64,000 nucleotides of DNA from Deltaproteobacteria bacterium (GTDB lineage: Bacteria > Desulfobacterota > GWC2-55-46). The notes under the pieces were generated by a model that was not told the DNA's origin, ran no database searches, and saw nothing but the letters and a program-made list of their open reading frames with translations. The stretch's first letter is position 1; each line of letters starts with the position of its first letter. Below are positions 36,774 to 46,560 of the stretch, piece after piece. A program made the position numbers and the translations under genes. The stretch covers positions 48,367 through 112,366 of the forward strand of contig JACPGB010000047.1 of the NCBI GenBank assembly GCA_016182655.1, given 5' to 3'.

Positions 36774-38495
36774 CTACCTTATATACGCCTCGGTCACGTA
36801 CCTCCTCATCATCCTGTGGGAGTTGAAGTAGTTGGCGTTCTTTCCGATGGCGTTCTGCATCATCCTTACCCAGATGAGCCTGTTTCCGTAGAAGGTAGCC
36901 ATCACCTCGTGCTCGAGCTTCTGATACAGGTCGTCGGCGTCGAGCGCGTCGGTCGATTGGACGAGCGTCGATTCCGTCGGGTTCGGGCCGATGGCCCAGC
37001 CTGTGTACCCCTCGATATGCCCCTCTATCCACCATCCGTCGAGGACGCTGAAGTTCATGACGCCGTTGTGCGCGGCCTTCATGCCGCTCGTGCCCGAGGC
37101 CTCGCGGGGGCGCATCGGGGTATTCAGCCATACGTCCACGCCCGAGACCATCTTCAGCGCGAGCTCCATGTTATAGTTCTGGAGGTAGACTATCTTTATG
37201 TCCGGGTGGAGCTCGCGCGCCTTCCTGAATATCTCCTCGATGTTCTTTTTCCCGTCGTAGTCGCGGGGGTGGGCCTTTCCGCCGTATATGAGCTGGAGCC
37301 TGCCCTTGCCGATCTTGCGGAGCCGCTCGGTATCGGAGAACAAGAGGTTCGCCCTCTTGTATGCCGTCGCGCGTCTTGCAAACCCGATGGTGAGCGTATC
37401 GTAGTCCATCCCCGCGTCCGTCAGGTTGTTGACGTAGTCTATGAGCTTCTTTTTCGCCTCCATGTGCGCGGCCCATATCTCCTCGTCCGGGACCTTGCCG
37501 ATCCTGACGAAAAGCTCCGGCTCGTTCGCCCATCCGGGGAGGTACTTGTCATATAGCCTCGCGAACGACTCGCATGTCCACGTGAACGAGTGCACCCCGT
37601 TCGTTATCGCCTGTATCTTGTAGCCGGGGAAGAGCATCTTCGAGACCTCGCCGTGCTTCTTGGCGACCCCGTTTATGTACTTGCTGAGATTCATGGCCAG
37701 AAGCGTCATGTTGAGCTTGTCTTTTCCGGCGAGCTCGCGGAGGACGTCGAAAGGTATCAGCTCCCCCGCGACCTCCTTGACGAGCTCGTAGGAGAACTTG
37801 TCGTGGCCCGCCTCTACTGGAGTGTGCGTCGTGAAGACGCAGAGGTCTTTTACCCGCTCCACGTCCCAGACCTGCCTTTCGTCCCAGACCGACTCGATGT
37901 CGCGCTTGTATCTCTGCAGGAGCTCGAGAGTGAGCAACGCCGCGTGCCCCTCGTTCATGTGGTACTTCTTTATGCGTATGCCGATGGCGCGGAGCATCAT
38001 GACCCCGCCGATGCCGAGGACCACCTCTTGCTTTAGCCTGTAGCGGTCGTCCCCGCCGTAGAGGTAATCCGTTATCGAGCGGTCCTCGGGCTCGTTCTCC
38101 GGGAGGTCCGTGTCGAGGAAGATTATCGGCACCGACCAGTTCGTTACTATATTAGATATATTGTGGACCCAGGCCTGGACCGAGACCTCTCTGCCCTCTA
38201 TGGAGAGGCGGATCTTCTGGGGGAGGAGAGTCATATGCTCCTCGGGGCTCCACTTCTCCGGGTGCTCTTTCTGGGTCCCGTTCGCGTCAAGCTCCTGCCT
38301 GAAGTACCCCTTCCTGTGGAGGAGTGTGACCGCGACGACCGGGAGGTTCAAGTCCGCCGCCGATTTTATGGTGTCCCCGGCGAGCACGCCGAGGCCGCCG
38401 CTGTAGGTAGGTATGTCGTTCCTGAAGCCTATTTCCATCGACAGATAGGCTATCTGCGGCTCTGATAACAGGTCCTGCGAAAGAATGAATTTCAT
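36774..38495 (-). CDS. Alpha-glucan phosphorylase (GT35; glycogen/maltodextrin phosphorylase, short form)
   Basis: 573 aa with the PLP-lysine motif EASGTSGMK. Confidence 0.85.
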   Translation of the reverse strand: MKFILSQDLLSEPQIAYLSMEIGFRNDIPTYSGGLGVLAGDTIKSAADLNLPVVAVTLLHRKGYFRQELDANGTQKEHPEKWSPEEHMTLLPQKIRLSIEGREVSVQAWVHNISNIVTNWSVPIIFLDTDLPENEPEDRSITDYLYGGDDRYRLKQEVVLGIGGVMMLRAIGIRIKKYHMNEGHAALLTLELLQRYKRDIESVWDERQVWDVERVKDLCVFTTHTPVEAGHDKFSYELVKEVAGELIPFDVLRELAGKDKLNMTLLAMNLSKYINGVAKKHGEVSKMLFPGYKIQAITNGVHSFTWTCESFARLYDKYLPGWANEPELFVRIGKVPDEEIWAAHMEAKKKLIDYVNNLTDAGMDYDTLTIGFARRATAYKRANLLFSDTERLRKIGKGRLQLIYGGKAHPRDYDGKKNIEEIFRKARELHPDIKIVYLQNYNMELALKMVSGVDVWLNTPMRPREASGTSGMKAAHNGVMNFSVLDGWWIEGHIEGYTGWAIGPNPTESTLVQSTDALDADDLYQKLEHEVMATFYGNRLIWVRMMQNAIGKNANYFNSHRMMRRYVTEAYIR

Positions 38496-38684
38496 AGACT
38501 CCCCTCGTCTCTTATCCCCCCGAAGCTCGGGGGGTCAATTCGAGATTATACAACATCGCTGTCTTTAATCAAGGCCTTTTAAAAATTTATTGAACATTTC
38601 TAAGGGCTTACAAGTACGACAGCCCGGTCTTGCCGCAACGGCAACCGAGCGCTTCCGGCCTTTTGTCAAACCGCCTCTCGACCC

Positions 38685-38713
38685 TTGAACAAATACGGCC
38701 GACTTGATATAAT
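38685..38713 (+). promoter_or_regulatory. Sigma70 promoter (TTGAAC-17-TATAAT) for the TPR-Slt gene
   Basis: GGAGGG RBS 5 nt before the ATG at 38735. Confidence 0.55.
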
Positions 38714-38734
38714 CGACCGGACTGGAGGGACCTT

Positions 38735-41104
38735 ATGATCGAAGAAAAACGGGCCCTTCGCCGGTCTCTATGCCTCTTCGGCGCGCTCCTCGTAGCCTCT
38801 TCCTGCACACTCCACAGAGATATACCTCCCGTTGCCATAGCCGAGGAACAGAAGAGCGCGCTCGCCGTACCTGTTGCGGTCGATGAGCCGGTACACGGCG
38901 AAGAGCCCGGCAAGGCTTTTGCCGACGCTGTAACATCCAGGCGTGACGGCAAAAATGACGTTGCCGCGCAAAAGCTAAGCGAGATCATCCTGAGGCATCC
39001 CGGCACGGTCTGGGCCGCGAGGGCGTCTCTTCTCCTCGGTATTTCAGAGCTCGAGGCGCATCGCGACGCGCTTCCGTTCTTTGAGGCCGCTTCCGCCGTT
39101 CCGGACATGGAAGATTATATCGCATATTACAGAGGCCGCGCCCTGCTCGAACGGAAGGATTTCGCCGGGGCGGCGGAAGTTTTCGATTCCATCCCCACCC
39201 TATTCCCCGATTCCCGCCTCATCGAGGACTCCTCCTTCAGGGAGGCCTCCGCGCTTCTGGAGGCCGGGGCGCACCTCGAGGCTTTGACCGGCTTTTCGGA
39301 GTTCATGGAAATCTACCCCGGCAGTTCCCTCATGCCCGAAGCGATACTCGGCTCGGCGCGCGCCCATATCGGGCTCGGTAACTTCTCCTCGGCGCTCCCC
39401 ATGCTCACGCGGATAAGGTACAGATATCCGCTTTCGAAGTCTTCGGCGGCCGCCTCCGCTATGCTCTCTGACATCAGGGACTCCGGGGTCGATGTCCCTG
39501 AGCCGACCGGAGAGGACATATACGCCCGCGCAGGCGCGCTCTTTGACGGGGCGCGCTACAGGGACGCCATCAACGAATATTCGAGGCTCCGAGTACCGGG
39601 CGGCGCCTACTACGACCGGGCTGTCTTGAAGACCGCGTACGCGCAAGTCAGGCTTAAGAGCTACACCCTCTCCGAGACGACACTTAAGGAGTACCTTAAA
39701 GGGCGCAGGCCCGAGAAGGTACGCGAGGCGCTCTCTCTCCTTGCCCTCGTCTCTTTAAGGCGAGGCGACCTCGATGGCATCGTCGAGGCCGAAAGAAGGC
39801 TTGCCGAAAGGGGACCGACGTCTGCCGAGCGCGCCTCCGCCCTTTTCTATATAGGGACGTACCACGAAGGCAAAGGTGATAACCACAAGGCAGTTGAATA
39901 CTACAAAAAGGCCGCGCAGGTCGAAGGGACCGAGGCGGCGAAAGACGCCCTCTGGGCTCTCGGATGGCTCGATTATCGCGATGGCGACTTCGAAGGCGCG
40001 TCAGCGACGCTTACGGAATACGCCTCGCTTACAAGCGGCAGGGACCTCGCCAAGGCGCTCTACTGGAAGGCGCGCTCCCTTGACAAGGCCGGACGGACCG
40101 AGAAAGCGGCAGAGGCCTACCTGGAGACATGCGCAAGGGATACGGACGGCTACTATTGCCGGCTCTCGTCCAACAGGGCCTCTGATATCAAGGGCAGGCT
40201 GAATATAGCGCTTGTCAGCGCCGAAACGGAGGATGCGCCTTCAGTTACCCCGCCCGCCCCGCTCGAAACGGATGACGAACCCCTTGAAGACAAGGGGGAC
40301 GAGGGTTTTGAAAACATGGCTACCGGGGAGACCATCCCGGAGGAGGACCCGTTCCAACGGGACCCTCACTACCTCGCCGCAAGGGAATTAATGACGCTCG
40401 GCCTCGTTGAGAGCGCCTCCGGCGAGATCGACCTCCTTGCCAGAAGGTTCTCGGGGGATACCGGGGCGCTTGCCGCCCTCGCCTCCCTTTTTAACGAGAC
40501 TGGAGATTACTTCCGGTCGCACAGGCTCTTCCGGAGGTTCTTGTCGGAGACCCTGAAGGACGACGCCTCACTCGCCGCATACTCCTATCCGCTCAAGCTC
40601 GTGGAGCTTATAAAGGAGCGCGCGCCTTATGCCGCCGACCCATTTCTCGTAGCCGCGGTCATAAGGGAGGAGAGCCACTTCAACCCGCGCGCGGCCTCTC
40701 CCGTAGGCGCGCTCGGTCTCATGCAGCTCATGCCGGATACCGCGAAGGGCGTCTCCCGCCTCTCGGGTAACGGCAGTTTCAGCGGAGACCTCTTTGACCC
40801 GAACGTAAATATCGAGCTCGGGTCAAGGTATCTCTCCTCGCTCCTTGCGAGGTTCGATAACGACATCGTCCTCGCGATAGCCGGATACAACGCCGGGCCT
40901 GAAGCGGTCTCGAAGTGGGCCCTATCTTTTCCATCGGAGTACGACGAGTTCATAGAATCGATCCCCTACCGCGAGACGCGCAACTACGCCAAGAAGGTCT
41001 TAAGGAGCTACGGCGAATACATGCGCCTCTCCGGGGAAGACCCCTCGGAACTTTTCAGAAACCCGCGCCTTACCCTCATCAGGAAAAACTCAGCCGGTAT
41101 ATAA
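38735..41104 (+). CDS. TPR-repeat protein with a C-terminal soluble lytic transglycosylase (Slt) domain
   Basis: Signal-anchor, multiple TPRs, and the catalytic ESHFNP...GLMQLMP SLT motif. Confidence 0.8.
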   Translation: MIEEKRALRRSLCLFGALLVASSCTLHRDIPPVAIAEEQKSALAVPVAVDEPVHGEEPGKAFADAVTSRRDGKNDVAAQKLSEIILRHPGTVWAARASLLLGISELEAHRDALPFFEAASAVPDMEDYIAYYRGRALLERKDFAGAAEVFDSIPTLFPDSRLIEDSSFREASALLEAGAHLEALTGFSEFMEIYPGSSLMPEAILGSARAHIGLGNFSSALPMLTRIRYRYPLSKSSAAASAMLSDIRDSGVDVPEPTGEDIYARAGALFDGARYRDAINEYSRLRVPGGAYYDRAVLKTAYAQVRLKSYTLSETTLKEYLKGRRPEKVREALSLLALVSLRRGDLDGIVEAERRLAERGPTSAERASALFYIGTYHEGKGDNHKAVEYYKKAAQVEGTEAAKDALWALGWLDYRDGDFEGASATLTEYASLTSGRDLAKALYWKARSLDKAGRTEKAAEAYLETCARDTDGYYCRLSSNRASDIKGRLNIALVSAETEDAPSVTPPAPLETDDEPLEDKGDEGFENMATGETIPEEDPFQRDPHYLAARELMTLGLVESASGEIDLLARRFSGDTGALAALASLFNETGDYFRSHRLFRRFLSETLKDDASLAAYSYPLKLVELIKERAPYAADPFLVAAVIREESHFNPRAASPVGALGLMQLMPDTAKGVSRLSGNGSFSGDLFDPNVNIELGSRYLSSLLARFDNDIVLAIAGYNAGPEAVSKWALSFPSEYDEFIESIPYRETRNYAKKVLRSYGEYMRLSGEDPSELFRNPRLTLIRKNSAGI

Positions 41105-41142
41105 GCCCCTCGAGTCACAGAAAACTCTTTGGAGCCCCCAGG

Positions 41143-42930
41143 ATGGACGAAAAAGAAGCATCGCCCTCGCGCGCCTTTTCCGCGTTCGGCTACGCGGCGA
41201 GGATCGCGGCCCTTGTTATCCTCTCGGAGACGCTCATAATGGCCCTCCTCGGCTATCTCCAGGTCTCCAGGGTTGCGTCCGCGGCGATAGACACATCCCT
41301 CCTCACCCTTATCCTCATCCCCTCTATATACGCCTGGGTCTACCGCCCCCTTTCAAAGGAGATCGCTCTCAGGCACGAGGCGGGATTGAAACTCGAGGAG
41401 GCGAACGCGAAGATCAACGGATACGCCCGCTCCCTTGAAGAGAGGATAGAGGAAAAGGTCAGGGAGCTTAAATCCACCTACGCCCAGTACAAGGCCCTGC
41501 TTGAGACCTCGAACGACATGATAATCGTGGCTGATTCGGAGAGAAGGATAATCTTCTGGAACCGGGTCGCCGAGACGTCTTTCGGGTACTCGCGGGAAGA
41601 GGCCATCGGCAGGGACGTCGTCTTGACGGTCCCCGAGATTTACAGGGAGGCTCACCTTAAGGGCTTCGCCGAATTCATGGTCACCGGAACGATAAAGTCC
41701 AGGCTCCGCGAGGTGGAGGGGCTCAGGAAGGACGGGACCCTTTTTCCCATAGAGCTCTCCCTCTCTTCATATTCAGTGGGAGACAACGTATTCGTGATGG
41801 CGATACTCCGCGACATAACGGAGAGGAAAAAGACCGAGACGCAGATAAAAGACCAGCTTGAAAGGTTGAAAGCCCTCAGGAACATCGACACGGCCATAAC
41901 CGCTTCGATGGACTTGCGCTTGACGCTCGGCGTCATAATCGACCAGATAGCCGCGACCCTAAAGGCGGACGCGGCTGACATACTCTTGCTGAACAAGGAC
42001 ACTGCAAGGCTCGAGTTCCACGCAGGAAAGGGGTTTTATACAGACGCCCTCAAGGAGACGAGGCTCAAAATCGGCGAAGGGCACGCGGGCAGGGCGGCGT
42101 TTGACGGCAAACTCCTCTGCATAAGGGACTTGAGGGCCTCCGGCGACGACTTCGTGCGCGCGCCTCTTTTCAAGGACGAGGGGTTCGTATCCTATTGCGC
42201 GGTCCCGCTCGTCTCAAAGGGCGCCTTAAAGGGCGTCCTCGAGGCCTACTCAAGGGCTGAGCGCACGCCTCCCCCGGATTACTACGACTTCCTGGAGGCT
42301 CTCGCCCTGCAGGCCGCGATAGCCATTGACAACGCCTCGCTCTTCAACGACCTCTACAGGGCCAACATGGAGCTCTCGATGGCCTATGAGACGACGCTCG
42401 AGGGGTGGTCCAGCGCGCTCGACTTACGTGACAAGGAGACCGAGGGCCACTCCCGGAGGGTGACCGAAATGACGGTCAGAATAGCCAGGGCCATGGGGTT
42501 CTCGGACGTGGAGCTCGTCCACATAAGAAGAGGGGCGTTGCTCCACGATATCGGGAAGATGGGCATACCCGACGCCATACTCCTTAAACCCGGGCCGCTC
42601 GACCCGGACGAGACGGAGATAATGAAAAAACACCCTGTATACGCCTACGGCCTCCTGAGCCCCATCCTTTATCTCCGTCCCGCGCTCGACATCCCTTACT
42701 GCCACCACGAAAAATGGGACGGCTCCGGGTATCCGAGGGGGCTTAAGGGCGCGGAGATCCCGCTTTCGGCGAGGATATTCACCCTTGTCGACATCTGGGA
42801 CGCGCTCCACTCCGACCGCCCGTACAGGAAGGCCTGGGACGACGAGCGGATAAGGGAGCACTTGAAGTCACTCTCCGGCAAGGCGCTCGACCCTAAGGTG
42901 GTCGAGGTCTTTTTCAGCATGAACTGGTAG
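41143..42930 (+). CDS. PAS-GAF-HD-GYP c-di-GMP phosphodiesterase (membrane anchored)
   Basis: HD...HHEKWDGSGYPRGL HD-GYP motif, with PAS and GAF domains upstream. Start at MDEKEAS. The ORF-track extension that overlaps slt is rejected. Confidence 0.8.
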   Translation: MDEKEASPSRAFSAFGYAARIAALVILSETLIMALLGYLQVSRVASAAIDTSLLTLILIPSIYAWVYRPLSKEIALRHEAGLKLEEANAKINGYARSLEERIEEKVRELKSTYAQYKALLETSNDMIIVADSERRIIFWNRVAETSFGYSREEAIGRDVVLTVPEIYREAHLKGFAEFMVTGTIKSRLREVEGLRKDGTLFPIELSLSSYSVGDNVFVMAILRDITERKKTETQIKDQLERLKALRNIDTAITASMDLRLTLGVIIDQIAATLKADAADILLLNKDTARLEFHAGKGFYTDALKETRLKIGEGHAGRAAFDGKLLCIRDLRASGDDFVRAPLFKDEGFVSYCAVPLVSKGALKGVLEAYSRAERTPPPDYYDFLEALALQAAIAIDNASLFNDLYRANMELSMAYETTLEGWSSALDLRDKETEGHSRRVTEMTVRIARAMGFSDVELVHIRRGALLHDIGKMGIPDAILLKPGPLDPDETEIMKKHPVYAYGLLSPILYLRPALDIPYCHHEKWDGSGYPRGLKGAEIPLSARIFTLVDIWDALHSDRPYRKAWDDERIREHLKSLSGKALDPKVVEVFFSMNW

Positions 42931-42977
42931 ACCTCCGCCATTCCCTATTCCGCGTTTACCTGATAGAATCATAGGCT

Positions 42978-44210
42978 ATGGAAGGTCCGCTCGCCATAGC
43001 CGCGCTATATATATTCAAGGCCGCCTTTGGCTGGTGGTTGAGCCTTTTAAACCTGCGGAGCCTCCAGAAAAGCAGCGGCCCGGCGCTTGACGGGCGCTTG
43101 AGTGCCGGGCTTCTCGAAAAGTCTCAGGCGTACCTCGCGGAGAACACGCGCTTCGCCGTCCTTTCCTCTGTCGTCTCTACCTCTCTTATAATAGCCTTTG
43201 TCTTCGGCCTTCTTGTCCATTATGACAGATGGGTCGCCTCTTTCGGTCTCGGGTTCATCGCATCCGGCATTGCCTTCTTTCTCATCCTCTCGTTCGCAGG
43301 CGAGCTCGCCTCCATCCCGTTTTCCCTCTACAGGACCTTCCGTATAGAGAAACGGCACGGCTTCAACGCGATGACCCCCGGGCTCTGGCTCACGGACCTC
43401 GTAAAGTCCCTTGTCCTCTCCACCGTTCTTTTTTCGGTCGTCGCAACGGGCGGGCTTTTCGTCGTCAAGGCCTTTCCCGGCCTCTGGTGGCTCATCGGGT
43501 GGGCCTTTTTCCTCGTATTCTCGATATTCATGATGTACATCTCGCCCTATGTCATCGAGCCGCTCTTCAATAAATTCGAGCCTGTCGACGACGAGCGGTT
43601 TAGAAAAAAGATAGAGTCGCTTGCCGAACGGGCGGGTATAAGGATAAAGGCGATAATGAAGATAGACGCGTCGCGGAGGACGAAACACACGAACGCCTAC
43701 TTCACCGGATTCGGGTCCGTTAAAAGGATAGTCCTCTTTGACACGCTTCTTAAAAACCTCACCCCGGCTGAGGCGGCCTCGGTCCTCGCGCACGAGATCG
43801 GCCACTGGAAGCGTCGCCACCTTTTGAAGCACTTGTTTCTCCTTGAGGCCGGCGCGCTCGCGGCGTTCTATATATCGTTCAGGCTTATCAACGGGGACCT
43901 CCTCGCGCGACTTTTCGGGCTCGGAGACCCGGGCTTTTTCGCGAAGCTCGTCTGCCTCTCGTTGCTCTGGGCAATAGCCGGTTTTTTTGTCGCCCCGGTA
44001 CTGAACGCAATCTCGAGGAGGCACGAGCGGGAGGCCGACGCTTACGCGGCCCGGCTCGAAGGGGCTGAGGCGATGACAAGCGCGTTAGTGAAACTCACCG
44101 AGGACAACCTGTCCAACCCCTTCCCGCACCCGCTCTACGTATTTTTCAACTACTCGCACCCGCCGGTTGAGGAGAGGATAAGGCTATTAAAGGGGAAGAG
44201 GGATGTTTAG
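42978..44210 (+). CDS. M48-family zinc metallopeptidase (Ste24/HtpX-like)
   Basis: HEIGHWKRRH HExxH motif and multiple TM helices. Confidence 0.8.
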   Translation: MEGPLAIAALYIFKAAFGWWLSLLNLRSLQKSSGPALDGRLSAGLLEKSQAYLAENTRFAVLSSVVSTSLIIAFVFGLLVHYDRWVASFGLGFIASGIAFFLILSFAGELASIPFSLYRTFRIEKRHGFNAMTPGLWLTDLVKSLVLSTVLFSVVATGGLFVVKAFPGLWWLIGWAFFLVFSIFMMYISPYVIEPLFNKFEPVDDERFRKKIESLAERAGIRIKAIMKIDASRRTKHTNAYFTGFGSVKRIVLFDTLLKNLTPAEAASVLAHEIGHWKRRHLLKHLFLLEAGALAAFYISFRLINGDLLARLFGLGDPGFFAKLVCLSLLWAIAGFFVAPVLNAISRRHEREADAYAARLEGAEAMTSALVKLTEDNLSNPFPHPLYVFFNYSHPPVEERIRLLKGKRDV

Positions 44211-44214
44211 GCGG

Positions 44215-44700
44215 TGGGATTGTCTTTTAACCCTTAAGGTCGCTCGCCCCATGCCCGGGGAGTTTTGAAAAACAAAAAAAGAATTTTTGTTTTTTATTCT
44301 GTCTTTACAAACACGCGGGCGCATGGCGGAGAGCGCCTCAGGGAGGCTGGGGTGAGCGAGCCGGGGAAGGATAGACGCGAAGCGCTCGGGGGGCGAGCGA
44401 GCGGTCCTCGCCGGACGGGCAAATCCGCATCGGGCGGTTGTGCTTCATTTAGCCCTCTGCAACCCGATTTGAAATTGGCACCGCGCCGAGCGGGGGGAGG
44501 AAGAAAGCGCTCGGAGCCATCGCCAAAAGCGCGCGGAGCGCGCAAAAAGGCCTTGCCACAAAGACTTTGAGTTTTTCGGCGTTTTTAAAAAACTGGATTC
44601 CCGCTTAAAGCACGCGAGAATGACAGTTACTCAAAAAATCATACAACTAAGGATTACGGTTACAAAACTGCATCCCAAAAAACAAAAAAGCCCCGGTCGC
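44215..44700. repeat. Repeat block with a plus-oriented ~90-nt element (44404-44482) and an inverted GTCATTC...GGGAATCCAG module
   Basis: gtcctcgccggacgggcaaatccgcatc...cccgatttgaaattggcaccgcgccgagcgg. Confidence 0.65.
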
Positions 44701-44735
44701 CCGGGGCTTTTTTTATTTCCGTTATTTTTTGAAGC

Positions 44736-45251
44736 TTACTTCGCTTCCGAGTACCCATATACGGTCTGGGGTGTGGCGAGCGCGATGAAGCCCTGGAAGT
44801 TCGCGTCAGACTCGAAGTAGTAGACCTTGCCGGAGGCGTCGGCGTAGGTCGCGGCAGAGGCCTTGTCCACCCTCTTGTTCGTAAGCGGGTCGATTGCGAA
44901 CCTGGCGGAGGAGTTCTGCGCGAGGTTGAACTCGCACACCCCACCGTCGGTGAAGTAGCTCTTGCCGTCGATGTTCACGGACTTCTGGGCCTTCTTCTCG
45001 AAGGTGTTGGTGGCCATGTTTACTTCGTTAGCGGCGACTTTCTTGAGCCACTCGCTCGCAGGACCCGTGGACATCCTCTCAGGCACCGGGTTTCCGGTCT
45101 GGAGGGCCTCCAGACGGAGGCTCGCGAGGTAGTTGCCCTTTGCGGCCTCGAGCTTCGCTATCGCTTCCTGGTTTTCGGCGGCGTTAGACGCCCCGAGCGC
45201 GGCCACTGTAAAAGCCGCGGCAAATATCACTGCCAGTATCCCTCTCTTCAT
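44736..45251 (-). CDS. Secreted protein with YHS-like domains lacking the metal-binding Cys
   Basis: Signal peptide, then DPLTNKRVDKASAATYADASGKVYYFESDANFQGF, which resembles the YHS pattern. Confidence 0.4.
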   Translation of the reverse strand: MKRGILAVIFAAAFTVAALGASNAAENQEAIAKLEAAKGNYLASLRLEALQTGNPVPERMSTGPASEWLKKVAANEVNMATNTFEKKAQKSVNIDGKSYFTDGGVCEFNLAQNSSARFAIDPLTNKRVDKASAATYADASGKVYYFESDANFQGFIALATPQTVYGYSEAK

Positions 45252-45364
45252 TTGTCCGTTCCTCCTGCTTATTAGATTTAATTAGAAAAACACCTCTACG
45301 GAAAGATTAATTATAAACGGGGATCGACAAAAATCAAGCCGTTTAATTTTTTGTTGATTCCCTC

Positions 45365-45934
45365 TTAATCCCGGAGGTGTTTATCCACATACTGAGCCAG
45401 TATCTCCTGCACCTGAGGAGGCGGAGGCGGCGCGAAGTAGAAGTTTATGACCGCGTGCGCGACCTCGTGCGCGAAGATACCGTCGGAGAGTCTATCAGGG
45501 GTGAGAAATATTGTATGTGACTTATGTGAGTAGAAGGCTATGGGCGGGGTCCCGGTCATGCCGAGCTCCCTGTAGATACCCGCGACCTCCTCGGGAGACC
45601 TGAGGATGGAGATGTTGAAGTGAAACTCGGGATGCATGTCCAGGAGGGCCTTGACCCTGAAGACTATCCTGTCGGTATTCTCCCTAACAAGGGAGAGCGC
45701 CTTGTCCCTGTCCCGGACGAGGGCGATCGACACGCTGCCGGTCTTTTTCCCGAACTCGATGAGGTCGGATTCAATCGAATACCTGATGGTAGCGTACCTC
45801 GTCTCAAAGGCGTTTGCCTGTACCTCGGCCGCGACGCCGGCCGGGCAAAAGAGCAAGGCCGCGATCAGCGGAAAGAGGGCGCGTAGGGCCAAGACCCCCG
45901 CCATCCTATTCAGGGCAATGAGAAAAGAGGGCAT
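45365..45934 (-). CDS. Secreted hypothetical protein with an HExxH motif (FAHEVAHAV) and a PPPPP stretch
   Basis: Signal peptide. Possible MA-clan peptidase-like fold. Confidence 0.4.
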   Translation of the reverse strand: MPSFLIALNRMAGVLALRALFPLIAALLFCPAGVAAEVQANAFETRYATIRYSIESDLIEFGKKTGSVSIALVRDRDKALSLVRENTDRIVFRVKALLDMHPEFHFNISILRSPEEVAGIYRELGMTGTPPIAFYSHKSHTIFLTPDRLSDGIFAHEVAHAVINFYFAPPPPPQVQEILAQYVDKHLRD

Positions 45935-45945
45935 ATTCGGAGGGC

Positions 45946-46560
45946 TCAGCGCCCCTTTGACCTTGAGGTCTTGAAAAAACCGGCCGAGGACTTTAGCTCC
46001 CTCGCCTTGCAGAGCGCTTCATCCATAAGGGGCTCGGCCTTTCCGAAGCCCTTCCCGGCGGAGTCCTTGAGCTCGATAAGAGTGGATTCGAGCCCGGCGA
46101 TATCCTCCTGCATCCTTGCAATCGTTGAGTCCATCGTGGCGTTAAAGTCGTTTAATCTCTGGGAGAGCACCCCCATCTGGTCGTCCGAGCGCAGAGAGAA
46201 CCTGTGCGTAAGGTCGCCCTTTCCCGTCTCCTCAAGGGATTTCTCGAACCTGTAGAGCGGGCCCGCTATCTTGTGGGAGACGAGGAGGAGGATGAGAAAC
46301 CCGGCTGACGCGGTTATGACTATCACCGCAAGGTTCGCAAGGAGCATCTTGGGCATGAAGTACTCGCCGGTCCTCGCTATGACGAGCTCGCTCCCGCTGT
46401 ACCCGGTTATGACCGTGCCCCGCAAAAGATAACTGAAGAGCCCGCTCACCATGAACGACTCTATTACGATGAGGGCGAGGAACTTCAAGGAGAAGTTCGT
46501 CTGGAACCTTTTTTTTATGAATATGTTCTTTCTCTTGTATTTCACGCTCTCGCCCATCAC
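45946..46560 (-). CDS. HAMP-domain membrane protein
   Basis: Two TM helices, then a HAMP linker (HKIAGPLYRFEKSLEETGKGDLTHRF) and a coiled coil. Confidence 0.55.
   Translation of the reverse strand: MMGESVKYKRKNIFIKKRFQTNFSLKFLALIVIESFMVSGLFSYLLRGTVITGYSGSELVIARTGEYFMPKMLLANLAVIVITASAGFLILLLVSHKIAGPLYRFEKSLEETGKGDLTHRFSLRSDDQMGVLSQRLNDFNATMDSTIARMQEDIAGLESTLIELKDSAGKGFGKAEPLMDEALCKARELKSSAGFFKTSRSKGR

Noticed and set aside
44455-44480. tRNA-like T-arm motif (cccgatttgaa) inside the ~90-nt repeat elements
   Set aside because: No acceptor, D or anticodon arms can be drawn. The motif recurs identically in every repeat copy, so it is part of the repeat and not a tRNA gene.
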